Shown: positions 1 through 10,212 of the stretch, one piece after another
How the letters are laid out: every line of letters begins with the position of its first letter
Numbering within the stretch: position 1 is the first letter of the stretch
Origin: Candidatus Micrarchaeota archaeon
GTDB lineage: Archaea > Micrarchaeota > Micrarchaeia > Anstonellales > Bilamarchaeaceae
Assembly: GCA_964590665.1 (NCBI GenBank)
Contig: CAZPWA010000001.1
Span: forward strand, 12,483 to 76,482
DNA: 64,000 nucleotides
Reading direction: 5' to 3'
Notes under the pieces: generated by a model
What the model saw: only the letters and a program-made list of their open reading frames with translations
What the model was told of the DNA's origin: nothing
Database searches by the model: none
Translations under genes and position numbers: made by a program

Positions 1-2
1 AC

Positions 3-716
3 ATGATAAATTCACTCATGGAATTTCTTGCTCCAAAAATTCATTCTCTTATCGGAGGAAAAATCCGGCTTAGAATCTTGACAAACCTTGCAACAAAAAG
101 AAAAACCTATGCATGTGCTACTTGGAGCAAGGAAAACTTAACTTCCTCTGAAATCGAGGGTGTTTTGGACGCCTATGCTTTTGCAGAATCTGATGTTTAT
201 CGTTGCGCAACCCACAATAAAGGCATCATGAACGGAATAAGTTCTGCTGTAGTTGCTTCCGGAAATGATTGGAGGTCTGCAGAGGCTGCCGCCCACGCAT
301 ATGCTGCAATGAGTGGAAAATATTCTCCTCTTACTCGATACTCTCTTCTTCCAAATGGGGATTTGTTTGGAGAAATAGAACTTCCTCTTGCTCTTGCAAC
401 TGTTGGTCCTGCTGTAAATTCTTCTCCAATTGCAAAAATAACTCAGAAAATTCTTGGTGTTTCTTCTTCCGGTGAATTGGCGCAGGCTATTGCATGTGTG
501 GGTCTTGCAAATAACTTCTCTGCCCTTCTTGCTCTTTCCGGCGAAGGAATTCAAAAAGGACACATGAAACTACACGGACGCTCTGTTGCATCATTTGTTG
601 GTGCAAGCGATTCTGAAGTTGATGAACTTGCAAAAATTCTTTCCGATTCTTCTGATTATTCCGAATCATTTGCAAAATCTTCGCTTGAAAAAATGCGCAA
701 ATCCAAAAAATCGTGA
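3..716 (+). CDS. hmgA: HMG-CoA reductase, C-terminal ~237 aa (5' end lies outside the window)
   Basis: Translation carries conserved HMGR C-terminal motifs (ENLTSSEIEGV, GIMNGISSAVVASGNDWRSAEAAAHAYA). The frame is open to the window edge and ends at TGA 714-716. Confidence 0.85.
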   Translation: MINSLMEFLAPKIHSLIGGKIRLRILTNLATKRKTYACATWSKENLTSSEIEGVLDAYAFAESDVYRCATHNKGIMNGISSAVVASGNDWRSAEAAAHAYAAMSGKYSPLTRYSLLPNGDLFGEIELPLALATVGPAVNSSPIAKITQKILGVSSSGELAQAIACVGLANNFSALLALSGEGIQKGHMKLHGRSVASFVGASDSEVDELAKILSDSSDYSESFAKSSLEKMRKSKKS

Positions 717-721
717 TTTTT

Positions 722-1696
722 ATGGAATTTTTATTCATTTTGATTATCGGAATCATTTCCGCAATTCTTTCCTATGTTGCAACTTATTTTCTGCGTCCTA
801 AACTTATTGCAAGTGGGATGTTTGGAAATGATATTAATAAGCCTGATAAACCTCAGGTTGCTGAGATGGGGGGTCTTGGAATTTTAACTGGTTTCACTTT
901 TGGGGTTTTGATAGTTATTTTCATAAGTACTTTTTACACTCATAATCTCAATCTTGTTTTTGTGCTTGCAAGTCTTCTTACAATAATTCTTGTCGGTTTG
1001 ATTGGCCTTGTAGATGACTTGATTGATATGCCCCAAATGGTTAAGGCATTTTTACCTCTTTTTGCAGCGATTCCTCTAGTGGTTGTAAATTTTTCTGGTG
1101 ATACTTCAATCCTGCTGCCATTTATCGGTATCGTCGATTTTGGTCCGATTTACTTATTTCTCCTAATTCCTCTGGCTGTTGCCGTTTGCTCTAATCTCAC
1201 AAATATGCTTGCTGGTTTCAATGGAATGGAAGCTGGGATGGGTTTTGTAATGTTTGCGTTTTTGAGTTTTTTTGCAGTTACTAATTCGAAATTTGATATG
1301 CTTGCAATTTCTCTTCCTATGATGGGTGCTCTTTTTGGGTTTTTGCTCTTAAATCGCTACCCCTCTAAAATTTTTCCTGGCGATGTTGGCACTCTTTCTA
1401 TTGGAGCGGCTCTTGCATGCGCTGTGATAATTGGAAATTTTGAAGCTCTGGGTTTCGTACTTATTCTTCCCTATCTCTTAGATTTTGCAATAAAGCTCCT
1501 CAATCGTTTTCCTTCCAAGGGTTGGGCGGGAATTTTTCAAGAGGGCAAATTATTTTCTCCTGAAAAACCCATTTCTCTCTCGCAATACATCATGAAATTT
1601 TCTGGCGGAGTAAGCGAGCCTAATCTGGTTTCATTTTTTGTGTTTCTTGAATTTTTCTTTGGCTTACTAACCCTCTTTATTTTTTATCTAAGGTGA
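722..1696 (+). CDS. Glycosyltransferase family 4 (MraY/WecA/GPT-like) polyprenyl-phosphate hexose-1-P transferase, AglH-like
   Basis: About 10 TM helices; Asp-rich 'GLVDDLIDM' motif; 'NLTNMLAGFNGMEAG' resembles the GT4 NxxNxxDGxDGL motif. The ORF-track start at 713 is GTG; the first ATG is 722. Confidence 0.6.
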   Translation: MEFLFILIIGIISAILSYVATYFLRPKLIASGMFGNDINKPDKPQVAEMGGLGILTGFTFGVLIVIFISTFYTHNLNLVFVLASLLTIILVGLIGLVDDLIDMPQMVKAFLPLFAAIPLVVVNFSGDTSILLPFIGIVDFGPIYLFLLIPLAVAVCSNLTNMLAGFNGMEAGMGFVMFAFLSFFAVTNSKFDMLAISLPMMGALFGFLLLNRYPSKIFPGDVGTLSIGAALACAVIIGNFEALGFVLILPYLLDFAIKLLNRFPSKGWAGIFQEGKLFSPEKPISLSQYIMKFSGGVSEPNLVSFFVFLEFFFGLLTLFIFYLR

Positions 1697-1702
1697 TTTT
1701 GC

Positions 1703-2644
1703 ATGTCATTGCCTACTCATAGTTATTTAGTGACTGGAGGTGCCGGTTTTATTGGTTCGCACCTTTGCGATTTTCTTGTTTCAAAAGGTCATATGGTCTA
1801 TGTTATTGATGATCTTTCAAATGGCTCTCTGGCAAATTTACCAAAGCATGAAAATCTGGAGTTTTTTGATCTATCGATTTTAGATGATCTTTCTTCAATT
1901 TCTCCCCTGAGCAAAATTGATTGTGCTTTCCACCTTGCCGCGCAGGTTTCTGTTCAAAATTCAATTGAAGATCCCCAAAAAACTTATCTTATTAATAAAG
2001 AAGGAACAAAAAACGTTCTAAATTTTTGCAAAAATTTTAAAATTCCTAAGGCAGTTTTGGCTTCCTCTGCTGCAGTTTATGGCGATGCACCAGTTCCAAT
2101 TTCCGAAACTCAAGAACTCTGCCCTCTTTCTCCCTATGCTAAATCAAAAATCGATATGGAAAATATTGCCCATGATTTTTCTGATCATTCTTTTCAAACT
2201 ACGTGCCTGCGTTTCTTTAATGTTTTTGGTCCAAGGCAAAACCCATCCTCATCGTATTCAGGTGTCATTACTAAATTTTTTAATTCATTAAAAAACAATT
2301 CCCCTATAACTGTTTTTGGAGATGGAAGTCAGACTCGGGATTTCATATATGTTTCCGATGTTGTTTCTGCTCTCTTTTGTGCTGCAACCAATTCTTCCCG
2401 CAATTCTTCTCCGATCTACAATGTCGGAAGCGGAACTCAAACCTCAATTAATTCTCTAATTGGACAGGTTAATTCCATCTCGGGCACTTCTGTTCCTGTT
2501 GTTTATTCTCCTGCGCGTAAGGGAGACATTCTTCACTCTGTCGCATCCATTTCAAAAATTAAAAAAGAGCTCGGTTTTTCTCCTTCTGTTAGTTTATTTA
2601 GTGGTTTAAAGAGTACTTGGGAATGGTTTAAAAAAAATGATTAA
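1703..2644 (+). CDS. NAD-dependent nucleotide-sugar epimerase/dehydratase (GalE/UDP-glucuronate-epimerase family)
   Basis: N-terminal Rossmann motif TGGAGFIGSHL and catalytic YAKSK (YxxxK); 313 aa. Confidence 0.8.
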   Translation: MSLPTHSYLVTGGAGFIGSHLCDFLVSKGHMVYVIDDLSNGSLANLPKHENLEFFDLSILDDLSSISPLSKIDCAFHLAAQVSVQNSIEDPQKTYLINKEGTKNVLNFCKNFKIPKAVLASSAAVYGDAPVPISETQELCPLSPYAKSKIDMENIAHDFSDHSFQTTCLRFFNVFGPRQNPSSSYSGVITKFFNSLKNNSPITVFGDGSQTRDFIYVSDVVSALFCAATNSSRNSSPIYNVGSGTQTSINSLIGQVNSISGTSVPVVYSPARKGDILHSVASISKIKKELGFSPSVSLFSGLKSTWEWFKKND

Positions 2645-3354
2645 ATTTTTCCTTCAACATCTCTGAAGAACTTTATCACACTGAAAAGTTCGACTAGTCT
2701 GTCGTAGTCTGCAACTCTTCCTATATCAAACCAGACATCATCAAATGGATAAGCACCTATTTTTTCTTTCTTTGAAAGAATCTTAGGAAAAACGTTTTTT
2801 GCAAAATCGTCTCCATCTTCAACGAAATCCAGGGCTTCTGCTTCAAAAAGATAAATCCCCGTATTAAATTCGTGCTCTAGAAGTGGTTTTTCAACAAATC
2901 CACTTATGTATTCATCCTTTCTCGTTGCAACTCCGAAATCAATTTGCGTTCTGCTTTTAAAGAGTGCAATCGTTGCAATTGATTGACTTTTTTTATGACT
3001 TTGGTGCATTTTTTTCAAATCTATGTTTGTTATATGATCTCCCATCAAAACAAAAAAGGGCTCTTTTATTTTTCCTTTTAAATCAGAAAGCGCCCCAGCC
3101 GTTCCTCTGTATTTCTTCTCTATTATATAATCTATTTTGACTCCGAATTTGCTTCCATCTCCAAAATGGTCTATTATTTGCTGGTGAAGATATCCGACGG
3201 TGATGGTTATGTTCTTTATTTCACACCTGCGCAAATTTTCAATCACATATTCTAAAATTGGTTTTCCGCCAAGTCTTAGCATTGGCTTTGGTGTAGAATA
3301 TGTATATGGTCTTAATCTCGTTCCTTCTCCGCCTGCTATAATGAATGCTCTCAT
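2641..3354 (-). CDS. Sugar-1-phosphate nucleotidyltransferase (glucose-1-P thymidylyl/uridylyltransferase-like)
   Basis: N-terminal 'AGGEGTRLRPYTYSTPKPML' NTP-transferase signature (GxGxRL...PK); 237 aa. Confidence 0.8.
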   Translation of the reverse strand: MRAFIIAGGEGTRLRPYTYSTPKPMLRLGGKPILEYVIENLRRCEIKNITITVGYLHQQIIDHFGDGSKFGVKIDYIIEKKYRGTAGALSDLKGKIKEPFFVLMGDHITNIDLKKMHQSHKKSQSIATIALFKSRTQIDFGVATRKDEYISGFVEKPLLEHEFNTGIYLFEAEALDFVEDGDDFAKNVFPKILSKKEKIGAYPFDDVWFDIGRVADYDRLVELFSVIKFFRDVEGKI

Positions 3355-3364
3355 TTGTTTTCAC

Positions 3365-3982
3365 CTATTTTATTAAGAACCCTAAAAGAGCCCCTGCAAT
3401 TGATCCAAGTATGTTTGTCGTGTCCTTTGTTCCAAGTCCTCTTTCTTCAAAAAATCCAAAGAATGTATCTATTAATGATCCGCCTAAGCCGGCAAGGCTT
3501 ACGATCACTGCTTTCTCGGGTGTTATTCCAAATAGGAATATTGCTCCAAGTCCAATTAGTGCTCCTGCGCCCATCGATGCAACTGTTCCCATTTTGCTTA
3601 TTGCCCCGCTGGTTCCAGGTTTCACTTTTTTGAAGCTTATTATAGAAATCGGGTCTTCTTTGTCTAATACTCCAACCTCTGAACCAAATTTGTCGGCCGT
3701 TACTGCTGCCATCGATGCAATAAATGGCATTGCTCCGATTTGAGGAGATAAGTATGCAAGTATTACTGGCACCAGGCCATTTGAGAAAACATTTTCCCAA
3801 CTTCTTTCATGTTCATAAAGTCCAAGTTCTTTTTTTGTTTCGTATTCATATCTGGTTACAATTATTGCAAGAACAAAAAACCAGAGCATCAGAATTAGGT
3901 AATTTGGACCTCCGAAAAAAATTAATAAAAAACCAAAAATGAGTGCGAGGACAACACCCTTAGTATCTAAAATTCCCTTCAA
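3365..3982 (-). CDS. DUF92/TMEM19-family integral membrane protein
   Basis: Multi-TM protein with the AVTADKFGSEVG / GTSGAISxxG pattern typical of DUF92. Convergent with the nucleotidyltransferase gene. Confidence 0.5.
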   Translation of the reverse strand: MKGILDTKGVVLALIFGFLLIFFGGPNYLILMLWFFVLAIIVTRYEYETKKELGLYEHERSWENVFSNGLVPVILAYLSPQIGAMPFIASMAAVTADKFGSEVGVLDKEDPISIISFKKVKPGTSGAISKMGTVASMGAGALIGLGAIFLFGITPEKAVIVSLAGLGGSLIDTFFGFFEERGLGTKDTTNILGSIAGALLGFLIK

Positions 3983-4000
3983 GATCTTGCACCGTAATAA

Positions 4001-4327
4001 TTATTTTGCAATAATTATTTCAATTGCAGATACTTTGCTCTTTGAGCCATCTTCTGAAGTCAATTCTTCAGTTGAAATGTTTATTTTCTTGAGGTTTATT
4101 GTTGGCATGAACCGGTTTTTAAAAATTTCAACTACATCAACTGCCTTTGAAATTAGCTTTCCTCTTGCCTTAACTACTACTTCCGGCGTTCCATTGTTGA
4201 ACTGCGTCACAACTGCCAAAACATAGCCCATTGTGCCTTTTTTACCAATGAAGATAGTGTTTCCATCCATTTTTTTTGGTACCATAGTTTCTTCGTCGTT
4301 TTCCATGTCATTTTCGTCTGTTTGCAT
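4001..4327 (-). CDS. albA: Chromatin protein Alba with a short acidic N-terminal extension
   Basis: 'VVVKARGKLISKAVDVVEIFKNRF' is the Alba core. Start chosen at ATG 4327, preceded by GGTGGA; the ORF track extends to 4375. A core-only start at MVPKK (4285) is also possible. Confidence 0.8.
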   Translation of the reverse strand: MQTDENDMENDEETMVPKKMDGNTIFIGKKGTMGYVLAVVTQFNNGTPEVVVKARGKLISKAVDVVEIFKNRFMPTINLKKINISTEELTSEDGSKSKVSAIEIIIAK

Positions 4328-4488
4328 GTTTCCACCTCGAAATAGTTTAGTCGACCGTGTGTCGTAATAATTCACATTAGCCTAATTCTTGAATGTATTT
4401 AAACCTTTTGTTCTTTTCCTTTTGCTTCCTTTTGGCTTCTTCCTTCTTAGATTAATACTTTTAAACTTCGCTCTTCAAATTCATACTG

Positions 4489-6234
4489 ATGGTAACTAGA
4501 GTTGCAGTGATCGATAGGGATCTATGCATAAAGGAAAAATGCGGCTACGTATGCGCAAAGGTCTGTCCTCCTAATCGAATGGGCGATGAATGTATAGTCG
4601 TAGAGCCGGATACATCTTTTCCTGCAATCTCCGAACCTCTTTGCATTGGCTGCGGTCTTTGCGTTAAAAAGTGTCCTGTCTCCTGCATCGACATAATAAA
4701 TATTGCAAAAGAACTTGATGAGCCTATTTACCAATATGGAATAAACACTTTCCGGCTTTATGGACTTCCTCTTCCTGAAAAAGGAGCCTCTTCGATCGTT
4801 GGAAAAAACGGAATTGGTAAAAGTTCTGCAATAAAACTTCTAACTAGGCAAATTAAGCCAAACTTTGCTATTTTCGATAAAAACCTCACTGATTCAGAAA
4901 TACTCCTTAAGCTTCCTCTTGAAACAAGGCGTTATTTCCAAAGCGGATCAAATAATCGCTTTAGTCTTAAACCTCAACATGTTGATAAATTAAAAATCGC
5001 ATTCACCGGAACTGTTCGTGAGCTGCTTTCTGCGGTTGCAGGTTCCGTTTCCGCCCAAAAAATTTCTGAGCTCTTTGCAATCGGAAAAATACTGGATCGA
5101 AAAGTTGCCCATCTTTCAGGAGGAGAGCTTCAAAAAGTTGCAATTGCAACTGCCTATCTAAAAGATGCTGACATTTACTATTTTGATGAAGTTACAAACT
5201 ATCTCGATATTGAAGAGCGGCTTCGTGCTGCAGTCATTTTAAAATCCCTTTCGGAAACAAAGTCTGTTTTACTTGCTGAGCATGATCTTTCTATCTTGGA
5301 CTATGTCAGCGATTATGTTTATCTTGTCTATGGACAAGAAAATGTTTACGGGGTTGTTTCCCACTTGAAAAATGTCCGAAGCGGAATCAATGAGTATATT
5401 GAGGGATATTTAAAAGATGAAAATGTGCGCTTTAGAGATTATCCTATTTCATTTACCCGGCACAGTGAAGATGCTCTAAAATCAAAACCTCTTCTCTCTT
5501 ATTCGGCATTTTCAAAGTCTTTTGGCGAATTTACTTTTTCCAGTGATAGCGGCGAAATTAAAAAAGGGGAAATTTTGGGCCTAGTTGGGAAAAATGCTCT
5601 TGGAAAATCCCTTTTTGTAAAGCTTCTTTCAAATTTGGAAAAAGGAGATTCTGGCGCTGCAATTGAACTTAAGCTTTCCTACAAACCCCAATACATAGAG
5701 GCTTCAAAGCAAACTGTTTCTGAAATGCTTTCCGATTCCTCAATCAACCAAGCATTTTTGGAAGAGTGCAAAAGAAAACTTAATCTCAATTCTCTTATGG
5801 ACAAGTCTCTAGATACCTTATCTGGAGGGGAATTACAGCGGGTTTTCCTTTCAAAAGCGCTTGCAACTGAAGCTGAAGTTTATCTTTTTGATGAACCAAC
5901 TGCATTTTTAGACATTGAACAAAGATTTGAATTTGCATCTCTTTTAAGAAGAAGAATCAGCGAATCTGAAAAATGCGCATTTGTTGTGGATCATGATGTG
6001 GTCTTTATTGATGCAATCTCCAATCGTTTGGTTGTCTTTGAAGGTGAAAGTTCTGTTTCGGGTCATGCCACAACCCCTCTTCTAAAAAAGGAAGGTATGA
6101 ACAAGTTCCTCAAAATAACTGGCATTACTATGCGTCGTGATCATGAAAATTTCCGACCTAGGATAAATAAGCCTGATTCTGCTTTGGATTCAGAGCAAAA
6201 ATCTTCCGGAAATTATTTCCTTTATGAAAAATGA
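4489..6234 (+). CDS. abcE1: ABCE1 (RNase L inhibitor / ribosome-recycling ABC ATPase)
   Basis: N-terminal 2x[4Fe-4S] ferredoxin cysteines (CIGCGLCVKKCP) followed by two ABC ATPase cassettes with Walker A/B and signature LSGGELQ; 581 aa. Confidence 0.9.
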   Translation: MVTRVAVIDRDLCIKEKCGYVCAKVCPPNRMGDECIVVEPDTSFPAISEPLCIGCGLCVKKCPVSCIDIINIAKELDEPIYQYGINTFRLYGLPLPEKGASSIVGKNGIGKSSAIKLLTRQIKPNFAIFDKNLTDSEILLKLPLETRRYFQSGSNNRFSLKPQHVDKLKIAFTGTVRELLSAVAGSVSAQKISELFAIGKILDRKVAHLSGGELQKVAIATAYLKDADIYYFDEVTNYLDIEERLRAAVILKSLSETKSVLLAEHDLSILDYVSDYVYLVYGQENVYGVVSHLKNVRSGINEYIEGYLKDENVRFRDYPISFTRHSEDALKSKPLLSYSAFSKSFGEFTFSSDSGEIKKGEILGLVGKNALGKSLFVKLLSNLEKGDSGAAIELKLSYKPQYIEASKQTVSEMLSDSSINQAFLEECKRKLNLNSLMDKSLDTLSGGELQRVFLSKALATEAEVYLFDEPTAFLDIEQRFEFASLLRRRISESEKCAFVVDHDVVFIDAISNRLVVFEGESSVSGHATTPLLKKEGMNKFLKITGITMRRDHENFRPRINKPDSALDSEQKSSGNYFLYEK

Positions 6235-6275
6235 TTTCCAATTCTCTTTTAAATTTTCTCTGTTTTTTAATTTTG

Positions 6276-7196
6276 ATGCAAACCCCTAATTACAAAATCT
6301 GGATGGATGGCAAGTTCGTTCCTTGGAAAAATGCAAATGTTCACGTTTTGACGCATGCTCTTCACTATGGAACGGCAATTTTTGAGGGAATGCGTGCCTA
6401 TTCAACTCCCCAAGGCCCAGCAATTTTTAGGATGAAGGATCATTATCAGCGTCTTCTTATGGGTGTCAAGTCATATTCATTTAAGTGCAATTATACTATT
6501 GATGAACTTTGCAGTGCAACAAAAAAACTAGTTCGGATGAATAAGCTTGATAGTTGCTATTTGCGCCCTATTTGTTTTGCGGGATACAAGGGAATTGGTC
6601 TAAATATTTCCGACGCTCCATTTCAATTTGCAATCATTCCATACCCACTTGGAAAATTTTTTGGAAAAGATGCACAAAAGGGGATCGACTGCCAGATTTC
6701 AAGCTGGAGAAGAATTGATTCAACTACTCTTTCTCCTCATGTTAAAGCGAGCGCCAATTATCTTAATTCAACTCTTGCAAAAATGGAAGCTATAAATGGT
6801 GGCTATCATGAAGCAATTATGCTTTCTGAAGATGGGCATGTAAGTGAGGGGAGCGGTGAGAATCTTTTCATTGTGCGGGATGGAGTTCTTATGACTCCAC
6901 CTATTTATGACGGTGTTCTATCTGGGATTACTCGAGATACAATAATTTCATTTTCAAAAGAACTTGGAATACCATTTAAGGAAACTTCTATCCTGAGGGA
7001 TGAACTTTACACTGCTGATGAAGTTTTTCTTTGCGGAACTGCAGCTGAAATAACTCCGGTGCGTTCTGTTGATCGCAGGGTGATCAATTCCTCCCCTGGA
7101 AAAATAACATTGGATTTGATGGATACTTTTTCAAATGTTGTTTGTGCCAAGGATGAACGTTTTATCCGTTATCTGGACTTTGCAAATTCTCCCTGA
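6276..7196 (+). CDS. ilvE: Branched-chain amino acid aminotransferase (PLP fold type IV)
   Basis: 'IWMDGKFVPW...VHVLTHALHYGTAIFEGMRAY', catalytic Lys in 'VKASANYLNS', and C-terminal 'LCGTAAEITPV'. The ORF-track ATG 6231 overlaps abcE1 by ATGA, but the N-terminus aligns better from ATG 6276. Confidence 0.85.
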   Translation: MQTPNYKIWMDGKFVPWKNANVHVLTHALHYGTAIFEGMRAYSTPQGPAIFRMKDHYQRLLMGVKSYSFKCNYTIDELCSATKKLVRMNKLDSCYLRPICFAGYKGIGLNISDAPFQFAIIPYPLGKFFGKDAQKGIDCQISSWRRIDSTTLSPHVKASANYLNSTLAKMEAINGGYHEAIMLSEDGHVSEGSGENLFIVRDGVLMTPPIYDGVLSGITRDTIISFSKELGIPFKETSILRDELYTADEVFLCGTAAEITPVRSVDRRVINSSPGKITLDLMDTFSNVVCAKDERFIRYLDFANSP

Positions 7197-7221
7197 TCTG
7201 GCCCTATGCGCATTTTAATGT

Positions 7222-8856
7222 TTGCTTCCCATATTTTTTTCAATGAAACAAAAAATATTTCTTTTACTATTTTTGGTCCTCTGTGCTGGGGGTTTTTTGC
7301 TATTAAATGAGAAAATTCTTGATTTTCCTCACTTGATTTTCAGAACTTTTTTGAGGATGCTTCTTGCCTACGCACTTTCAATTATTTTTTCTGTTTCTTT
7401 GGGCTTGTTCATGGTCCATAATCCCAAATGGTTTAGGACTCTCTTTCCTGTTTTGGATGTTTTGCAATCCGTTCCTATTCTTGGTTTCCTTCCATTTGCA
7501 GTTATTTTTATCATCAACATCATCCCTATTTTTGGGGCTGAGATTTCGACTATTTTTCTCATTTTTACCTGCATGACTTGGTCTATAATTTTCAATGTAA
7601 TTGAAAGTGTTCGTGCAATTCCTTCTGAACTCAAAGATGCGTCCCGCCTAAATTCAATTGGCGGTTCAGATTATTTGACCCACGTTCTTTTTCCATCTCT
7701 TTTTCCTGCTCTTATTTCAGGCAGTGTTTCGGGATGGGGTGGCGGCTGGTACTTTTTAGTTGCGGGCGAGTATGTTTCTTTTGGTGAAGCTCCTCCCTAC
7801 TCCTTGCCCGGAGTTGGTTCCTTCATTGCTCATTCCGCTTTTGATGGAAATCTCACATTTTCCCTTTTTGGGCTTGCCGTCTTATCTCTGATGGTTCTTT
7901 TTATGAATTTTTTCATATGGAATCCTCTTCTCTCTCGCTCTTCTAGATACTCCTATTCACAAACACAATCCCAGTCTTCCTATGTTCGTGTTGAAAATAA
8001 TATTTTTACTAATTTTTTAGATTCGATTTACTCAAAAATAAAATCTGCTTTTTCCAAGTCTTCTTTTATCTTATCAATTACTAAAAAATTCAATATTTCT
8101 CCAACCTCTGTTGATTTTAGTTCTCTTAATTCCAGTTCTCTTAATCTGGGGATTGCCTCCCTCATCCTTTTTGTTGCTCTTTTATTTATTTTTGGGAGGG
8201 ATCTTAACTCAATCCCTACGTTTTTCCTTTCTCTCCTATTTTCATTTTTGCGAATATTGGTTGCTTTTGTTTTTGTTACTCTATGGACCGTTCCAGTTGC
8301 AATTTTTCTTGGGCGAAATAGAAAAATTGCTGAATCATTGCTTCCCTTTTTCGATGTCTGCCAATCCATTCCGGCTATTGCGGTTTTTCCTATAATTTTA
8401 GTTTCTGTAATCAATCTTATCGGCGGGAATCTTGGACTTGAAATTTCATCTATTTTGCTTCTCATGACTGGCATGCAATGGTATCTCTTATTCAATCTTT
8501 TGCGTGCAGTTTCCTCAATCCCCAACGACTTAATCGAAGCTTCCTCTATGCTTCGATTCTCAAAACTGCAAAAACTTTATCACTTGTATCTGCCTGCAAT
8601 TGTTCCCTCTTTTGTTATTGGGAGCATTCAAGCGTTTGGCGGGGGCTGGAACGCATTAATTGTCGGTGAGCATATTAAATTTAACAATCAGATATTTTCA
8701 ACTTACGGAATCGGTTCCTTACTTGTAAATTTTGCCAATCTGGGAGATACTCTTGGAATAATTCTTTCTATTCTGGTTTTAATTTTTGCAATAGTAATGA
8801 TTAATAGCTTTGTTTGGAAAAAAGCCTTAAAAACATGTGAGAACTTTAAGATTTAG
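7222..8856 (+). CDS. ABC transporter permease, fused tandem (two BPD-transport domains), NitT/TauT (SsuC/TauC) type
   Basis: Two EAA-like loops ('[22 protein letters not shown]' and '[22 protein letters not shown]'), each followed by TM bundles; 544 aa. Confidence 0.75.
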   Translation: MLPIFFSMKQKIFLLLFLVLCAGGFLLLNEKILDFPHLIFRTFLRMLLAYALSIIFSVSLGLFMVHNPKWFRTLFPVLDVLQSVPILGFLPFAVIFIINIIPIFGAEISTIFLIFTCMTWSIIFNVIESVRAIPSELKDASRLNSIGGSDYLTHVLFPSLFPALISGSVSGWGGGWYFLVAGEYVSFGEAPPYSLPGVGSFIAHSAFDGNLTFSLFGLAVLSLMVLFMNFFIWNPLLSRSSRYSYSQTQSQSSYVRVENNIFTNFLDSIYSKIKSAFSKSSFILSITKKFNISPTSVDFSSLNSSSLNLGIASLILFVALLFIFGRDLNSIPTFFLSLLFSFLRILVAFVFVTLWTVPVAIFLGRNRKIAESLLPFFDVCQSIPAIAVFPIILVSVINLIGGNLGLEISSILLLMTGMQWYLLFNLLRAVSSIPNDLIEASSMLRFSKLQKLYHLYLPAIVPSFVIGSIQAFGGGWNALIVGEHIKFNNQIFSTYGIGSLLVNFANLGDTLGIILSILVLIFAIVMINSFVWKKALKTCENFKI

Positions 8857-8864
8857 TGATTTTC

Positions 8865-9614
8865 ATGACATTGGAACTTGTGCTCAAAAACGTAACTAAA
8901 CGATACTCTATCGAAGGGAGCGAAGTTCTTGCTGTTGAAAATATTTCCTTTTCTGTTAAAAAACGAGAATCCATTGCTCTTGTTGGTCCATCTGGCTGTG
9001 GAAAATCTACTCTGATTCGTATGATTTCCGGATTGGAAAATCCTTCCTCTGGTCAAATTCTTTTTCAGGGAAATCCCATCACGTCTCCAATTTCCGACAT
9101 TAATATGGTTTTTCAATCGTTTGCGCTGTTTCCTTGGAAAACCGTTCTTGAAAATGTTGAGATGGGTATTTTAGATAAACCTCAAGATCAAAGACGTGCA
9201 ATTGCACAAAAATTTGTTGATTTGGTTGGGCTTGGCGGTTTTGAATCCAGTTATCCTAAAGAACTTAGTGGAGGGATGAAACAAAGGGTTGGGATTGCGC
9301 GTGCAGTTTCAAAAGAACCCCAAATTCTTCTTTTAGATGAGCCTTTTTCTGCTTTGGATGCTTTGACTGCAAACAACCTTCGAAATGAAGTTTTGCGCTT
9401 TTATCTTAGTCGAAAAAATAAGCCTGATGTTCTAATTATGATAACCCACAGCATCGAGGAAGCTGTTTATATGGCAAATCGGGTTATTGTTCTTTCAAAA
9501 AGGCCTGGAAGGTTAGTTGCTGATATTAAAATTGATCTTCCCTTCCCAAGAAACAAATCCGACCCTCGTTTTTCTTCATATGTTGATCAGATAACTTCCC
9601 TAATTAGCATCTAA
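8865..9614 (+). CDS. ABC transporter ATP-binding protein, NitT/TauT (SsuB/TauB) type
   Basis: Walker [10 protein letters not shown], signature LSGGMKQR, Walker B LLLDEP. The ORF-track start 8856 is GTG; the first ATG is 8865. Confidence 0.85.
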   Translation: MTLELVLKNVTKRYSIEGSEVLAVENISFSVKKRESIALVGPSGCGKSTLIRMISGLENPSSGQILFQGNPITSPISDINMVFQSFALFPWKTVLENVEMGILDKPQDQRRAIAQKFVDLVGLGGFESSYPKELSGGMKQRVGIARAVSKEPQILLLDEPFSALDALTANNLRNEVLRFYLSRKNKPDVLIMITHSIEEAVYMANRVIVLSKRPGRLVADIKIDLPFPRNKSDPRFSSYVDQITSLISI

Positions 9615-9616
9615 TT

Positions 9617-10138
9617 TTATTCTTCTCCTTCTTCATCTGCCGTTTCAGTTATCTCTTGAGGTTTTGGTATTGTGAATCTTTGTCTTTTTCCATCGTATTC
9701 TATGATCTCTGCATATCCGCACCAAGATAAAAATAGCTTGTGAAATCTTGAAACATCGTCTATTATGTGATTTACTCTCAGGTGATCTATTATCTTTTTC
9801 TCATCTGCTTCTTTCTCTTTTTTGATAAGTGCTATTACTGTTTTAAATGGTTCAACATTGAGAAGCTGTTTTCTAAGTATCCTTTTTTTGTCATCTATTG
9901 TTCCTAAATTTAGTGCTTCTCCAAAAACTGAAAGTTGGATTATTCCATTTTTTACTTTAACTAAACATAGAAGCTCGGCCATGTCAACGACATCTCCTAA
10001 GTCGTCCAGTTCCATTCTAAGTTCTTCTGCAATAAAGGAAATTTTGCTTTTTCCCCCATATGCATAAATTATTTCAACTAATCCTAAAACTTCTCCGACA
10101 TTTGCATCCGGAAAAGGAAGTAACTTATGTTTCCCCAT
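9617..10138 (-). CDS. Hypothetical protein, possibly the stand-alone AAA-associated C-terminal domain seen in NitT/TauT ABC ATPases
   Basis: 173-aa soluble protein with an acidic tail and no catalytic motifs. Convergent with a 252-aa NitT/TauT ATPase that lacks a C-terminal regulatory domain. Assigned from memory of the family, not from a search. Confidence 0.35.
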   Translation of the reverse strand: MGKHKLLPFPDANVGEVLGLVEIIYAYGGKSKISFIAEELRMELDDLGDVVDMAELLCLVKVKNGIIQLSVFGEALNLGTIDDKKRILRKQLLNVEPFKTVIALIKKEKEADEKKIIDHLRVNHIIDDVSRFHKLFLSWCGYAEIIEYDGKRQRFTIPKPQEITETADEEGEE

Positions 10139-10212
10139 TTTTCATCTCTCTTCTATATTCCCTATTTGTGTAGGTCTTATAAATACACGTATTTACCTGT
10201 GGTATTTTTGCT

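Noticed and set aside
6231-6275. BCAT start at ATG 6231 (ATGA overlap with abcE1), giving a hydrophobic signal-like N-terminus
   Set aside because: Aligning to canonical IlvE N-termini (about 8 residues before the IW(F)NGE motif) favours ATG 6276. A secreted BCAT is implausible.
8113-8142. Short direct repeat 'agttctcttaat' x2 (CRISPR-like?)
   Set aside because: Only two copies 6 nt apart inside the permease coding sequence (encodes a duplicated SSLN peptide). No array structure anywhere in the window.
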